Origin: a virus
Virus record (IMG/VR): IMGVR_UViG_3300005096_000005
Coordinates: 106,139-170,138 of that record
DNA: 64,000 nt
Strand: one strand, 5' to 3'
Shown here piece after piece: positions 1 to 9,092 of the stretch. The translations under genes and the position numbers were made by a program. Below the pieces are notes generated by a model. The model saw nothing but the letters and a program-made list of their open reading frames with translations. It was not told where the DNA came from and made no database searches. Each line of letters begins with the position of its first letter. The first letter of the stretch is position 1.

Positions 1-3000
1 GAGCGAACTTTTCCCACATCCAACCAAGAGTTCTCTCTACCGCAGAAGCGTCCTTTGGATCGGGTTTACCAACATAGCGATACTCTGTCTTGCGATACTT
101 CTGAATCCTTCGCTTATGGTTCTCCAGAGTCCGCTCAACCTCACTCCACCTGCCCTGTTGCATAATCGCTTCCTTGTCCCGAAACATCCTTCGCCTCATA
201 GCCCAGAAAGACTGGGAGTAAGGAGCCACATCTGCAAGAATCTTGAACTTGTCTACATCACTATAGAACTCAGGTCTGTTCAGGATACCCTTCCTGTCCC
301 AGTCGGACACAATCTGCCGCGCATGTTCTACAGTTTCCAGGTCACGTTGCAGCCTCTCCGGGTCGTAATGAACTTTGAATACTTTGGTCACATCCGGCTT
401 GTCTCTTGCTGTGTAGTATATGAACCCGAACGGAAGCCCCTGTGAATACAGGTAGAAATTGACCTGGGACATGTGCTCTTGCTGCGGCGCCTCAAGCTCC
501 TTGATGGCCTTCGCCGACTTTGTTTTGATCTCCACTACGGTGTTATAACCGTTCTCCATTCTCACTACTGCATCAATGTGCCCACTCACCTTGGTTCTGG
601 GATCGAACACGAAGCGCTCAGCCTCAATCAGAGAGCCCTCTTTAGCCCACTGCGCCTGCAGCCTCCGGTGGGCCTTGGTGCCTTCATACGTGGGCGAACC
701 TGGCCCTTCATACGGCAACCTGCCTAAACCTTTTCCGTTGGGGTCATAGTCGTGTGCTTCACGGCCCAGGTTTAGGAAGGACGCCACAGTAGTCTTCAAG
801 TCTCGACCAAGAGATGATGCGCGGAACTGTTCAATGCCATAGTTTCCATGATACGCCCGAAGGGTTGGGTGTAACTTCTCGTATCCAGGTCCCGGCAGTC
901 TGGCCTCGCCAAAAGCCACCTTTGTAAACGGATCTCCTTTGTGAAAATCTATATAATAGTTCTGCTCAACCCCGGTGGTTCCCGGCATCCACGACGGCAT
1001 CTTGTTCAAGATGGGGTTGTACTCAAGAATCTGACGGCGTCTGTGTGGCAGAAAACGACGCCCTATCTCAGACACACCTCCGCCAAGTCCACCGATACCC
1101 TGGTCCCAAAACCACCTCTCAGCCCCATAGGCCCTATCGGCTCTCTGAGCCACCGGCTTCTGCGCTCCCAGGTCCCCGTAGCCATACTTGTCCTGCGTAA
1201 AGAAGGTAGACGCAAACCCGAAAATACCCGCTGTCTCCGTTATGTTATAGTGAATCTGTCCAAGCCTGTAGTACGGATCGTTGGGATGAATGACCTCTTC
1301 CGGATTGATCTTACGGTGGAAGTAGCTGAGGCGCCGCGACATTCTCCGCCTCATCTTTCGTCTGTCATCGGTATTGATGGCGGTAATTTGGTTCTCTGCC
1401 GAATGATCTTCCGACATTACCGGGATAGCCTGACCTGTCGGAGTTGCTCCTGCAAGAAGCCCAACGTATGTAGGGGTGACAGCTCCCGTTCCTCCTCCCC
1501 CTGGACCTATCAGACGGACTCCCTGTGTCGTTCCCTGACCAAGCTGTTCCGGTCCTGGGGTGGTCCCAAGCTCGATGAGCGCTGCCTCCAGTGCCGGGTG
1601 CCTGTTTCTCTGACCTCCAAGGAATGCGGCTCTGGCGTTTAGTTCTTCACGATGCATAACCTTGTACGGTTTAATGATACGCCCTACCGTTGCGTTGAGT
1701 ATTCCACCGAACGGCATAGTCTCCTCGAACGCTCCTCCGGTTAGCGGGTAGGGCCTGTCGGCATAATGCTTCTTCTCCCACCAATACGGGTCGGTCAGCC
1801 TTTTAAGGGGAGACAGAGGATAGCGCGGAGTTGGTAGCCAATAGTGTTGCCAGAACTCGTCGCTACCTCCCCACAAAGTATCCTCGCGGTATCCGCTGGT
1901 TCCTCGACGGTACCAATTCGGCACCTGAGCGGTAATACGACCGCCTCCCCATGGACTGTTACCGAGAAGCCACCAACGACCGCGACGTACGTCTTCGGTA
2001 CCTTCTCTGTACCACTCCTTAAGTTCCTCCTCGTTTTGCGGGACGTTAAACCCAAGTGCACCCGCGATCATCCCGGGTGGAGACTCCATGGCAATATCCA
2101 TACCCGGGTACGCCTCATGAATTCTCTTGAATTCGTCTGTTAAACCCACCGTGTCGAACACCTTGGCGATGTCCAGGCGCAACCCTACATAAATATTGGC
2201 GAGTCTTCGGGAAAGCCTGACCCTTGGTGTGTCGGGAAGACTGAATGCGTCGTCTGCTTTCTCGGACTCCCAATCGATGTATGCCAACAGCCCTGCGCCT
2301 GCAACAACCGGAGCTACACGATACTTGAACAGGTTATAATAAGTTCTGGAAGCTGTTCCCAGCTTATCAGGAGACAGAGAAAAACCAAGACCGTACTCAC
2401 CGAGACCACGGCTGAGGCGCTGTGTCAAATAGGTGGGCCAGAACATCGTGGTTGAAAGGTGGTCCAGATCTGTGGTAAGTTTGCCACCCTCCCACTTGTC
2501 CGGCGAAAATTGCTTCCACATCTTTCTGATCACAGTAGCAAGACCGTGCTCATCCTGTCCTGAATAAAGACGACTCAGGTTCTTCCACGTTTCTTTGATA
2601 CTACCCGTCACATCGAATGGGTCAAAACGGAAAAGGCTCTTCTGGAGCATCAGGTTCTCGCCAAGCCCTCGACGGTACACATCCGCAAACTCATCGTACG
2701 GAGGGAACTTCTGGTACCACTTTCCGAAATGTTTATTCGCTGATGCCTGCAACCTGTTCACAAAACCCTCGCTAACATCTACAGGATCACGAGTGCTTGT
2801 GGAGACCACTTCGTACACGCCCTCTTCGACCGGCCGCATACTAACCCTGCCTTTTTGAAATGCCTCGCTCAGGTTTATTCCACGCTCTTTAGCCTTTTGC
2901 TCCAGGACATCCATCAACTGTTCGAAAGTCGGATCGCCTGCCACACCAACCTTCATTAGCGAATCTGTCCGCACCGTCTGTGACGTTCTGGGTGCAAACA

Positions 3001-6000
3001 ATTTGAGGGCCTCCTCATAAGTGTCAACAAAAGCTTTCTGTCTGACAGCAGGCCCGTGCCCTGCTACCTTCCGCAAATTGAACAGGTCGAAGGTGCGATG
3101 CATATTCTCAACTTCCACGTCCGTAAGAACAGTACCAAGCTGATCGATAAACCGCCTTGCATTATCGATCTCACTGAGGGCGCTGCCAACGTAATACTCG
3201 TTTAAAGCCTCCCTCGCGGCTCGCCCTACCGTCTTGACAATCTCTTCATCTGTTTCAAGAAAAGGAATAAACGGTGAAGGAAGTCCTGGTCGTACATCAA
3301 TACGCGCTGGACGTGTCGGGTCGATCTGGGAGCGGAGCATCTTCATGGTCTTTGATAACGGTGCGTATTCAAGTTGTTCCTTCCTGCGTTCCAACTCAAG
3401 TATCTGCTCGCTCAGGTCCTGAATTCTCCTGCCTCTCATAACCGCCAGGTTCTGGGCTATCTGTTTTGCATCACTGACATAATCGAGAGGAGATTCCGGA
3501 CCACCAATCGCCGCCGCCTTGGTTTCTTGTTCCGTGAGCCGGTCGACAAGCTTCCTGGCATCCTTCATGGCCATGTGCTCTCCGCCGACTTCCTTCTCTG
3601 CAAAGTCGATGAAGTCTTCGATCATATCCTTCATCTCTGGCCTGTTTTTATAAGTGTCGGCGAACTCTCTCATAATCTGGCGCTTGTCAAACGACTTCGG
3701 CCCGTTCATGATTCTGTGAGAGATAGACTCAAACAAAATCTGACGCTCTTCAGGCATTGCCCATTCCACATACTTATCCCCAGAATATGGGCGAACCTTC
3801 TCAACAGGAGCCAGCGGCCCCCACGTCTCCGGCTTACCCGCCTTAATCTTAGTTTCGTATGTTCTTGCCCATCTGCTGGCGAGCGCATGTGCATCCAGCT
3901 CCGAACTACTATAAAGACTCATGCGGTCAAACTGAGCGATACGTTCCAACACTTCGTCAACCTGTCCCGTGAGGCGTTCCCGCGCCGCAAGGAACTCCGC
4001 CTGGCTGATCTTTCCAGCCCCCAGCATATTGATAAGCTCTTCCTGTCTGCCGATAAGGGCCTGACCTTCTTTGGTGGCCTCCATCCAATTCTTAGACAGC
4101 GGCGCCAAACCGGAGTCTGCCATAAGGCGCTGTTCAACCCTGCCCTGAAAACTCATCAACTCCTCTACCGCTTGTTCCTTCATCTGCTTGCGCAGTGCCA
4201 TAGAATCGGCTACTCCACCAGGATCTATCGCCCCTTCCTGAAAGAACCTTTCAAATGTACTCGTTCGCCACTTCTCAGACCGGGTGGGAACAACACCACC
4301 GCCCGCTGCCAGGTCCGCACCACGCTGAGCGAGAATCTCCTCGGCAGTCTTGACCTGCATCTCCCGGGTCGCTTCTTTATATCCTGCTTTGAATGGCTTG
4401 ATGTCATAGCCTACCTGGTCCATTGTTTCACGATACAAACGCCATAGATCACTCCGCTGCTCTCTCTGGAGTTTCACCTTCCTGGCCGGGACCTTGACGA
4501 CAGCACCGTCTCTTGTCGTCGTGAATCCTACCCCGGCTTTTTCCAATGCATCCTCTAACTGAGACTTCAGTTTGGACGGCATTTGTATCTCACGGGACTT
4601 GACCGCCTCATGGATCTGCAATAATCGATCCTGGACTGGCGTTCCTTTCTGGAACTTGAAGTGTTGCTTGAACAGGTACTGCTGCTTCTTATCAAAGTGG
4701 GGGATACCGCCCCGCTGAGCCGCCTCGATGTATCTGAGAAGGAACCTGTTCTGCTGACGTTCGAGTTTGTATATGTCTCGTTCGATATCGGCCGCATCAC
4801 CATGCCTAACGATATTAAACAGGTGTTCCAGGGCGTCGGCGTCAGTTCTGAGATACGTAGAGAAGGGCTTCTCCATGCCATCGATCCTGTGGGTTACTTC
4901 AAGCATCTTGGATAGAGCATCGACGGACTCCGCGGAACCGAGCACCTGCGCTCTCTCGGTGGCCTGTTTCACAGGCATCCCCTTGACCTGGTGCAGGTAG
5001 GTAGCGAGATCGTTGTCGCCCTTCTTTGCCCATTCCAACAGCTCGGAGAGCTTGTCCCTGGTCGCGCCCGTCATCGAGGTGGCGTCCTTCTCGAGAATCC
5101 TCTCCACTACTCCGAACACGTCCTTTGCCCCCATGGGCTCTCCTGTTGTTCGGCGCAGATCCTTGACTATGTTTAAAACTTCAATCTCACGTCCGGCCTC
5201 AGTAGCCGCTTTCGCTTCCTCGGCCAGTCGCTTTGCTATGTAATTCGGATTAGAGGCTTTGTACGGATCTTTCCAATGTCCTATAAGGCGCTGAAAGAAC
5301 CCTGTTGGTTCCCGATTCTGGTTGAAGTCGAGCATCTTGAATACTTTGCCGATCGCCGGATTCTCATTCAGCTTGCCGCCCCGCATCATCGCCATATCTT
5401 CCGTTATCTCTTTACCAAAGAAGATATTATCAAAGATCCAGCGCATAGGCCCAAAGCGATTGGTCACCGGATTCAACCCAACTCCGAAGGGCATCTCCTC
5501 CGGTTTCATAAAAGCACCCGTCTCCAGATTAAACAACCGGGCGCCCCCTTTAGAGTGCCCCTGGCCGAGTACCAGCATCTGCTGTTTGATGTTCCCGGCC
5601 TTATCGATAGCATGTTCCCATCCAGATACCTTTTTGACCCATCCGAGTTCAGGATGTTCAGTTCCAAAGTGAAGAAGCTGATACGGCGCCATCCGTCTGT
5701 TCTCTCTTAAGGCAGAGTGAAAGAACAATTTGGCGGGATTGAATCCCACAATAGGAATCTGGAAGTTCCGCTCAAAGGCCCCGGCTATATCGTCCAGTCC
5801 AAAGCCGACCTTTCTCAAATCGATAACCTTGCCTGTCGGGTCCTTAAATATGAACGGGTCCACGACCACATTGCCAAGCCGTTTTACATACTGCTGTTCT
5901 GCGTTGGCGAGAATACGTGACTTCTGAAGTTCGAACTTTGCGAGCTTCATCGCCTGTTCTTCCGTGAGGTTGCCGAACATTCTCTCGGCGGCCGGTGTAC

Positions 6001-7102
6001 GCAAATAATCCTTCACCGCCGCTTCACCAATGTCGTCAGCCAGAGCTCCGGGGATAGGAACATACTCGGCTCTCTTCCCAAAGAAACCAACAAGGTCGGG
6101 GATATTAAATGCTTTGAGTCCAGGTCCCTCTGCTACATCCTGAATTGTGGCAAGCTTCCAACCCGCCATTCCCTGGACCATACGAGAGAAAGGATGAGCT
6201 GCCTGATAAACGTCCTGTCCCATAGTCGCGGATACTGCATCAATAAGCTTGTTTACTATATCGCCCCGACCGGCCTGTTCTCTTACCTGTCTAGTGGTCG
6301 TGAGCATTATGTTTTGCCAGGCATGAGCTGCTATGTTCGCGTCAGCTGCCGATAACTCCCCTCCCCCAAGGGCTGCAGCTATGTCTCTCAGTTTCGCTGG
6401 CTGGTCCGTCATCAGGGATTCCCAGGACGCAAGCTCTTTAACACCCTGTACGCCACCACCCTGACCACGATAGCGTTTGCCCATAGTTACCATACGTTGC
6501 ATCTCGTCCAAAACGCCCATAGCCGGTTCGCTGACGGAATCAATGGGATAACCTATATTAGAGAGGATTGTTGGTATCTTCTGTCTACTTAGAAAAGAAC
6601 GAAGCTGCCCCTGCATCTCTGGGGAAAGGTGTTGTGGGGAGCGAATCTCCGTCGCCACGTCTCCCACATCACGGACAACGCCCCGCATCCCGCGGAGCAT
6701 ATCACCGAGAGCTGTGGCATTGGCCACATTATCTGTAAGGGTTGATCTTGTGGTTGCTGCCGCTTCCGCAAAGACGCGGCGGGCTGCCTTGAGGTTTTCT
6801 CCCGTGAATGCAGAGAACTTCGGCAGTGCGCCAACCGAAGTTCTCCACAAGAGGTTCTGGTCGGCCAGAAGTCTGAAGTATTGCTCATGGCCTTCCAGAA
6901 GAAAACGATGTGCCTGCGAAACCTTTGGGATCTGTCCCGCAAGATGCTCTACAATATCTCCCACAAGCGGTCGGACGTACTCAGAGCGAAGAACCTGGCG
7001 CCCCAGGAGGGCGGCACCGGCGTATATACCTGCACGGACCAGGAGCGGCGTCTTCTTCCGCTCGTTTGTGTATGGGGCATCATTGCTGAACTTCGAGATC
7101 AT
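1..7102 (-). CDS. Giant virion protein (tape-measure-position / putative ejected protein), >2360 aa, truncated at window edge; contains PD-(D/E)XK nuclease domain
   Basis: ATG at 7102 overlaps the upstream TGA (ATGA). Reads MISKFSNDAPYTNERKK... Every segment I translated is open, and the ORF track lists no terminated ORF in this frame, consistent with run-off. Follows the tail chaperone pair. Motifs: VRRGRWW, PNWYRR, DPYWWEKKHYADRPYP, GEARLPGPGYE, KFKILADVAPYS. Confidence 0.85.
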   Translation of the reverse strand, partial: MISKFSNDAPYTNERKKTPLLVRAGIYAGAALLGRQVLRSEYVRPLVGDIVEHLAGQIPKVSQAHRFLLEGHEQYFRLLADQNLLWRTSVGALPKFSAFTGENLKAARRVFAEAAATTRSTLTDNVANATALGDMLRGMRGVVRDVGDVATEIRSPQHLSPEMQGQLRSFLSRQKIPTILSNIGYPIDSVSEPAMGVLDEMQRMVTMGKRYRGQGGGVQGVKELASWESLMTDQPAKLRDIAAALGGGELSAADANIAAHAWQNIMLTTTRQVREQAGRGDIVNKLIDAVSATMGQDVYQAAHPFSRMVQGMAGWKLATIQDVAEGPGLKAFNIPDLVGFFGKRAEYVPIPGALADDIGEAAVKDYLRTPAAERMFGNLTEEQAMKLAKFELQKSRILANAEQQYVKRLGNVVVDPFIFKDPTGKVIDLRKVGFGLDDIAGAFERNFQIPIVGFNPAKLFFHSALRENRRMAPYQLLHFGTEHPELGWVKKVSGWEHAIDKAGNIKQQMLVLGQGHSKGGARLFNLETGAFMKPEEMPFGVGLNPVTNRFGPMRWIFDNIFFGKEITEDMAMMRGGKLNENPAIGKVFKMLDFNQNREPTGFFQRLIGHWKDPYKASNPNYIAKRLAEEAKAATEAGREIEVLNIVKDLRRTTGEPMGAKDVFGVVERILEKDATSMTGATRDKLSELLEWAKKGDNDLATYLHQVKGMPVKQATERAQVLGSAESVDALSKMLEVTHRIDGMEKPFSTYLRTDADALEHLFNIVRHGDAADIERDIYKLERQQNRFLLRYIEAAQRGGIPHFDKKQQYLFKQHFKFQKGTPVQDRLLQIHEAVKSREIQMPSKLKSQLEDALEKAGVGFTTTRDGAVVKVPARKVKLQREQRSDLWRLYRETMDQVGYDIKPFKAGYKEATREMQVKTAEEILAQRGADLAAGGGVVPTRSEKWRTSTFERFFQEGAIDPGGVADSMALRKQMKEQAVEELMSFQGRVEQRLMADSGLAPLSKNWMEATKEGQALIGRQEELINMLGAGKISQAEFLAARERLTGQVDEVLERIAQFDRMSLYSSSELDAHALASRWARTYETKIKAGKPETWGPLAPVEKVRPYSGDKYVEWAMPEERQILFESISHRIMNGPKSFDKRQIMREFADTYKNRPEMKDMIEDFIDFAEKEVGGEHMAMKDARKLVDRLTEQETKAAAIGGPESPLDYVSDAKQIAQNLAVMRGRRIQDLSEQILELERRKEQLEYAPLSKTMKMLRSQIDPTRPARIDVRPGLPSPFIPFLETDEEIVKTVGRAAREALNEYYVGSALSEIDNARRFIDQLGTVLTDVEVENMHRTFDLFNLRKVAGHGPAVRQKAFVDTYEEALKLFAPRTSQTVRTDSLMKVGVAGDPTFEQLMDVLEQKAKERGINLSEAFQKGRVSMRPVEEGVYEVVSTSTRDPVDVSEGFVNRLQASANKHFGKWYQKFPPYDEFADVYRRGLGENLMLQKSLFRFDPFDVTGSIKETWKNLSRLYSGQDEHGLATVIRKMWKQFSPDKWEGGKLTTDLDHLSTTMFWPTYLTQRLSRGLGEYGLGFSLSPDKLGTASRTYYNLFKYRVAPVVAGAGLLAYIDWESEKADDAFSLPDTPRVRLSRRLANIYVGLRLDIAKVFDTVGLTDEFKRIHEAYPGMDIAMESPPGMIAGALGFNVPQNEEELKEWYREGTEDVRRGRWWLLGNSPWGGGRITAQVPNWYRRGTSGYREDTLWGGSDEFWQHYWLPTPRYPLSPLKRLTDPYWWEKKHYADRPYPLTGGAFEETMPFGGILNATVGRIIKPYKVMHREELNARAAFLGGQRNRHPALEAALIELGTTPGPEQLGQGTTQGVRLIGPGGGGTGAVTPTYVGLLAGATPTGQAIPVMSEDHSAENQITAINTDDRRKMRRRMSRRLSYFHRKINPEEVIHPNDPYYRLGQIHYNITETAGIFGFASTFFTQDKYGYGDLGAQKPVAQRADRAYGAERWFWDQGIGGLGGGVSEIGRRFLPHRRRQILEYNPILNKMPSWMPGTTGVEQNYYIDFHKGDPFTKVAFGEARLPGPGYEKLHPTLRAYHGNYGIEQFRASSLGRDLKTTVASFLNLGREAHDYDPNGKGLGRLPYEGPGSPTYEGTKAHRRLQAQWAKEGSLIEAERFVFDPRTKVSGHIDAVVRMENGYNTVVEIKTKSAKAIKELEAPQQEHMSQVNFYLYSQGLPFGFIYYTARDKPDVTKVFKVHYDPERLQRDLETVEHARQIVSDWDRKGILNRPEFYSDVDKFKILADVAPYSQSFWAMRRRMFRDKEAIMQQGRWSEVERTLENHKRRIQKYRKTEYRYVGKPDPKDASAVERTLGWMWEKFA
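266..830 (-). other. Cas4/RecB-like PD-(D/E)XK nuclease domain inside the giant virion protein
   Basis: In-frame translation: FRASSLG...EGTKAHRRLQAQW...IEAERFVFDPRTKVSGHIDAVV...VVEIKTKS...EHMSQVNFYL...GFIYY. This gives the H, E, D, ExK and QxxxY motifs in order. Confidence 0.8.
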
Positions 7103-7563
7103 CGTTGCTCTCCCTCAGGACCCGGATCTTGCGGCCCGTACACTGCGTCTGTAAAGTCCTTCGGAAAAGAGAAGTCAACCTCGTTTATCATGCCCTGAGG
7201 GATTCCCATCATATCTTGAGCAAGAGCTTCCATCTTGGTTCTTCCGTGCTCGTGAAGGAACATCTCTTGCTGTTTCTTATCAATGGGACCCTTCTCACCT
7301 GGTTTGCGGTGGCGCTCTCCATATCTCCTGAGGCGCTCTACTCTCCGCGCTTCCTCAATTGCCTGTTTGCGTTCCGCCTCCACAATCTCTGGCGGCACGC
7401 CCAGCAGGATATCTACGGACACTTCCGTCATGCCCCTAAAGTTCATCAGTACATACTCTGCCTGTGCTGCTCGTTGAAGCCAGGTATCCCAGTCCATGGC
7501 CTCAATTTGGTCTATAGATAGGGTGGGGAACGCCTCCGCAATAAGGAGATCGATCAGTCCCAT
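7099..7563 (-). CDS. Tail assembly chaperone, downstream (gpT-like) part, probably expressed by -1 frameshift
   Basis: 154-aa ORF with a poor SD. Its frame is open back to the A7 slippery site of the upstream gene. Lies directly before the giant protein. Confidence 0.75.
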   Translation of the reverse strand: MGLIDLLIAEAFPTLSIDQIEAMDWDTWLQRAAQAEYVLMNFRGMTEVSVDILLGVPPEIVEAERKQAIEEARRVERLRRYGERHRKPGEKGPIDKKQQEMFLHEHGRTKMEALAQDMMGIPQGMINEVDFSFPKDFTDAVYGPQDPGPEGEQR

Positions 7564-7592
7564 CCCACTTAAGACGACACGCCTGTGAGAGT

Positions 7593-8261
7593 CTACACTT
7601 TTTTTACTTCAAGGGCGGGGAGGAACCCCGACTGGTCCATAATATACTCGACAATCATGGACGGTAGTCCGTACATCTCCCTGAGAAACGCCTGGTTGAA
7701 GTCAATTCCTTCCGGCCATAAGACGCAGCGATTGCACATCTCGTTCTCGCGCTCTTCGATGGTGAACGGTCCGTAGATAATAGCCTTGTACTCTGCCCGA
7801 GTCAAGATCCGATACGTGAAGCGCATTCCATTGGGGAACAGCACCTCTCTGATCTTGTCGTCTCCAAACCCGTGTCGTGCAGGATCAAACTGCTCTCCTG
7901 GATTCGGAGGAGGCCGCTTCCATAGGGCCAGTTTTTCGGGAGGCGGCGGACTCCAATCGATTCCCTCGAGGCTGGTTCTGACCCCTCCCACTGCGTCCGG
8001 CGTCCATTCATCATCGACCGGGGGTTGCTGCGGTTGTTGCGGCACACCCTTCGGTTGCTGCGGAACCTGACCTGCTGATTGCTGTGCTTGTGGAATTCCT
8101 TGTGCCGGATAATCCGGCTGTCCCGTACCCACTTCCTCCACGGACGTATCCTGTACCTGTATTGGATCCGCCTTCTTCATAGGGCGTGCTCCTGGAGGAG
8201 GTGCGCCAGGTCCTTGTCCTTGGTTGCCATTCTGATCCATGTCAGTTGGCTCCTTTCTCAT
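7593..8261 (-). CDS. Tail assembly chaperone (gpG-like) with Q/P-rich disordered N-terminus
   Basis: FTYRILTRAEYKAI...ENEMCNRCVLWP...IMDQSGF. Sits between the tube genes and the giant protein, with a slippery site at its 3' end. Confidence 0.75.
   Translation of the reverse strand: MRKEPTDMDQNGNQGQGPGAPPPGARPMKKADPIQVQDTSVEEVGTGQPDYPAQGIPQAQQSAGQVPQQPKGVPQQPQQPPVDDEWTPDAVGGVRTSLEGIDWSPPPPEKLALWKRPPPNPGEQFDPARHGFGDDKIREVLFPNGMRFTYRILTRAEYKAIIYGPFTIEERENEMCNRCVLWPEGIDFNQAFLREMYGLPSMIVEYIMDQSGFLPALEVKKV
7598..7605 (-). other. Programmed -1 ribosomal frameshift site A AAA AAA (G)
   Basis: GTA AAA AAA GTG TAG. The -1 frame reads KK-SVDSHRRVVLSG-MGLIDLL, in frame with 7099..7563. Confidence 0.8.
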
Positions 8262-8273
8262 CTTATAAACTTA

Positions 8274-9092
8274 TCAATCAAAGTCCCATGCTACGAAACT
8301 ATACTGTTCAAGTACCGGTGAACCTTTCGGACGAATCACCTGTGTTGCGGAATGCAGGTGTACTCTGTGCAACGCCAGTACTCTATCCCTCGCTTCGTCT
8401 ATGGTCTCGGCTGCTCGGTTCTTTATGGCCTCAAAAGCGTTGATGGCTCTGGGATCGGCACCACTATAATGCACAATGATCTCCAGGCCGTCACTTCCAA
8501 CCCCAAACCTGTCTCTGACTCCCCAGCGCCTGGACCCCAGTGTTGACGTGACATCCCTGGCTAAGTCAAAGCCTATCGGGGTTAGCATATCGGCAAGATT
8601 GCCTGACAGGTCACCCTCCTTAATGACCTGTATCTTCTCGTCCAATGTCAGTCCCTCCCAATTCTTCTTGAGTCTCTCTGCGTTCTGGGCGAGACTACCA
8701 TTCAGCATATCGGAATGAAAATTGGACCTCCTGCCGTCCGCGGCCGCCTGCTGCAGGGCCTCAAACACCTTAAACTTCTTGGTGAACGGTATCGCAAATT
8801 GACCCTGTATGATGAGCTGGCCGAGAATCAGCCGGTGCCACCTGTACGAAGCGTAACTGTAGAGTGGCCGCTTCGGTTGCATGGCACTGAATTGAAAGTC
8901 CATTATATCATCTTCAAGATACCCGGACAAGTCAACCACTCCTGTAGGATTAGAGTCCACGGTATCCCGGCGAGCTATTACGAACTTAACGTCACAACCA
9001 GTAAAGAACTCCGGAGGGTACCAATTACGGTCCATCATCGGAAGTGTCTGTGGAGCGAAGTACTCCAAAGGGTTGATGTCGTACGGTGCCAT
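8274..9092 (-). CDS. Tail tube-like paralog (272 aa)
   Basis: FFTGCDVKFV...QFSAMQPKRPLYSYAS...GQLIIQGQF...VLEQYSFVA parallels the tube motifs of 10772..11503. Confidence 0.65.
   Translation of the reverse strand: MAPYDINPLEYFAPQTLPMMDRNWYPPEFFTGCDVKFVIARRDTVDSNPTGVVDLSGYLEDDIMDFQFSAMQPKRPLYSYASYRWHRLILGQLIIQGQFAIPFTKKFKVFEALQQAAADGRRSNFHSDMLNGSLAQNAERLKKNWEGLTLDEKIQVIKEGDLSGNLADMLTPIGFDLARDVTSTLGSRRWGVRDRFGVGSDGLEIIVHYSGADPRAINAFEAIKNRAAETIDEARDRVLALHRVHLHSATQVIRPKGSPVLEQYSFVAWDFD

Noticed and set aside
116-7198. Many plus-strand and short minus-strand ORFs (e.g. 3374..4447, 941..1642)
   Set aside because: All overlap the giant minus-strand ORF starting at 7102, which carries the recognisable motifs.
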